From: Thermodesulfovibrionales bacterium
GTDB lineage: Bacteria; Nitrospirota; Thermodesulfovibrionia; Thermodesulfovibrionales; SM23-35
DNA: 18,966 nucleotides
Assembly (NCBI GenBank): GCA_963715195.1
Contig: CAVQRT010000021.1
Span: forward strand, 1 to 18,966
Direction of reading: 5' to 3'
Positions 17,884 to 18,966 of this stretch are shown here, one piece after another. Within the stretch, counting starts at the first letter, position 1; each line of letters opens with the position of its first letter. A program made the position numbers and the translations under genes. The notes beneath the pieces are model-generated. The model did not search any database and was not told the DNA's origin. It worked only from the letters and a program-made list of their open reading frames with translations.

Positions 17884-18077
17884 TCAACTGCATACCTCCT
17901 TGACTCGTCCCACATCTCCAGAGGTCAACCTTACTTTTATCCCGTGAGGATGCGAGGGGGATTTTGTCAGAATATCCCTGACGACCCCTTCTGTTAATTT
18001 GCCGCTTTTCTGGTATTTTTTTAATACGATCCTGACCTTAAGGCCCTGCCTTATATTCACTCTTTCCTTCCATCCAT
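17884..18077 (-). pseudogene. YwbE/DUF2196-family small protein with a 5' frameshift (absent from the ORF track)
   Basis: ATG 18077 MDGRK, then one base short of frame with VNIRQGLKVRIVLKKYQKSGKLTEGVVRDILTKSPSHPHGIKVRLTSGDVGRVKEVCS. A GTG at 18060 could serve as an alternative start. Confidence 0.8.
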
Positions 18078-18312
18078 ATTCGTATTATATATTCTTCTTC
18101 TTTATTAAATGAAAAGTCATCAAGGGCCACCTCTATCTGATTTTTTTATCCCACCTGCGTCCAGATTCACAATGAAGAATGCCTTTTTTCTTATATACAG
18201 AATCCATCTTACTGTTTACTGAACCAAGAGGGCCCTCCCAAAGTCTGTCAGGCAAGGAACACTGAGTCAATGGCCGGATGAAAATATTTCAGGACCGAAA
18301 GTGTAATTTTAC

Positions 18313-18341
18313 TTGACATAATATTAATCATTTGCTATATT
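18313..18341 (+). promoter_or_regulatory. Sigma70-type promoter with extended -10
   Basis: TTGACA (18313-18318), 17 nt, TATATT (18336-18341) preceded by TGn; 36 nt before ATG 18378. Confidence 0.7.
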
Positions 18342-18377
18342 TTAATAGATTAAAAATTCAAATAAACGCAACGCTCC

Positions 18378-18966
18378 ATGAATACAATAAAAAAATACTC
18401 AACATTATATTCCTCTGTTATTTTATTTATTTTAACAATAATATCGGCATTTACAATGAATGCAGATGGATACTTTGAAACAAAGCACTCTATTCGTGCT
18501 ATTAATGGACATCCTAATGGGCTCACAAATGACCCTGCAAATAATATAGCTTATAGCTTTATTTTCAAAAGCAGGCACTATCGCGGTATTTGATATCGAG
18601 GGTGAAGACCTCCTCGGAACAGTACCCGTTGGAAAGACACCTCAAGGCATTGCAATTGATGGAGATCTCAAGGTCGCTGTCGTCGGAAATACGCACGATA
18701 GCACCATAACGATAATCGATCTTGCAACTTTCGATATCCTTGCAAAAGTTTCTCTCGATAGGGAACCGGGAAATATATCGATAAATACGACCTCTCATGA
18801 GGCCTTTGTTGTACATCCAAAGGATAATTCTCTCTCCGTAATAGATTTACTCACTTGTAAAATAATCGGGAATATACCTGTGGGAAAGGGAGCAATTGAT
18901 CTTGCGCTGGACACCGAACTCGGCATGGGGATTGTTGTCAATGAAAAAGACTCTATGATTTTGGTC
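18378..18966 (+). pseudogene. Secreted YVTN/YncE-type beta-propeller protein, frameshifted near 18555-18570, runs off the window
   Basis: Signal-peptide-like start stops at 18593; the +1 frame continues GTIAVFD..TVPVGKTPQGIAID..VGNTHDSTITIID..DNSLSVID..IPVGKG open to the window end. Confidence 0.75.

Noticed and set aside
18085..18210. Another small minus-strand gene (MDSVYKKKGILHCESGRRWDKKIR) upstream of the YwbE-like gene
   Set aside because: 24 codons, no RBS and no recognisable family, even allowing a frameshift at the A7 run.
18546..18559. 7-bp tandem duplication ATAGCTT as the cause of the YVTN frameshift
   Set aside because: Removing 7 nt makes the first blade two residues shorter than the next repeat, whereas removing one base fits the repeat register.

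Overview
The window has two parts. Bases 1-9755 are GC-richer housekeeping DNA: the 3' end of metK, ahcY, mog and ccdA; a convergent site-2 protease-trpS pair; and a kdsB-pyrG-kdsA-kdsD operon. Gene order and protein style suggest an anaerobic diderm such as Nitrospirota or Desulfobacterota (inference only). Right after the kdsD stop the DNA becomes AT-rich. This accessory block (about 9.76-17.3 kb) is centred on two back-to-back, near-consensus sigma54 promoters with an exact IHF site and a candidate tandem enhancer. Leftward genes: outer-membrane beta-barrel, a protein of eight 22-aa amphipathic repeats, a discoidin-like protein, and DUF4398-like plus OmpA-domain lipoproteins. Rightward genes: an apparently circularly permuted DHH phosphoesterase, an unlisted 40-aa membrane ORF, a LapA-like protein, MscS, and an LDH-family enzyme with a non-canonical specificity loop. 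The last 1.6 kb holds three consecutive frameshifted genes (GspG-like, YwbE-like, YVTN beta-propeller). The ccdA/trpS spacer contains a REP/dRS3-like palindrome and a ~180-bp fold-back element. No rRNA, tRNA, CRISPR array, integrase or transposase was seen. All family calls come from motif recognition by eye, not database searches.
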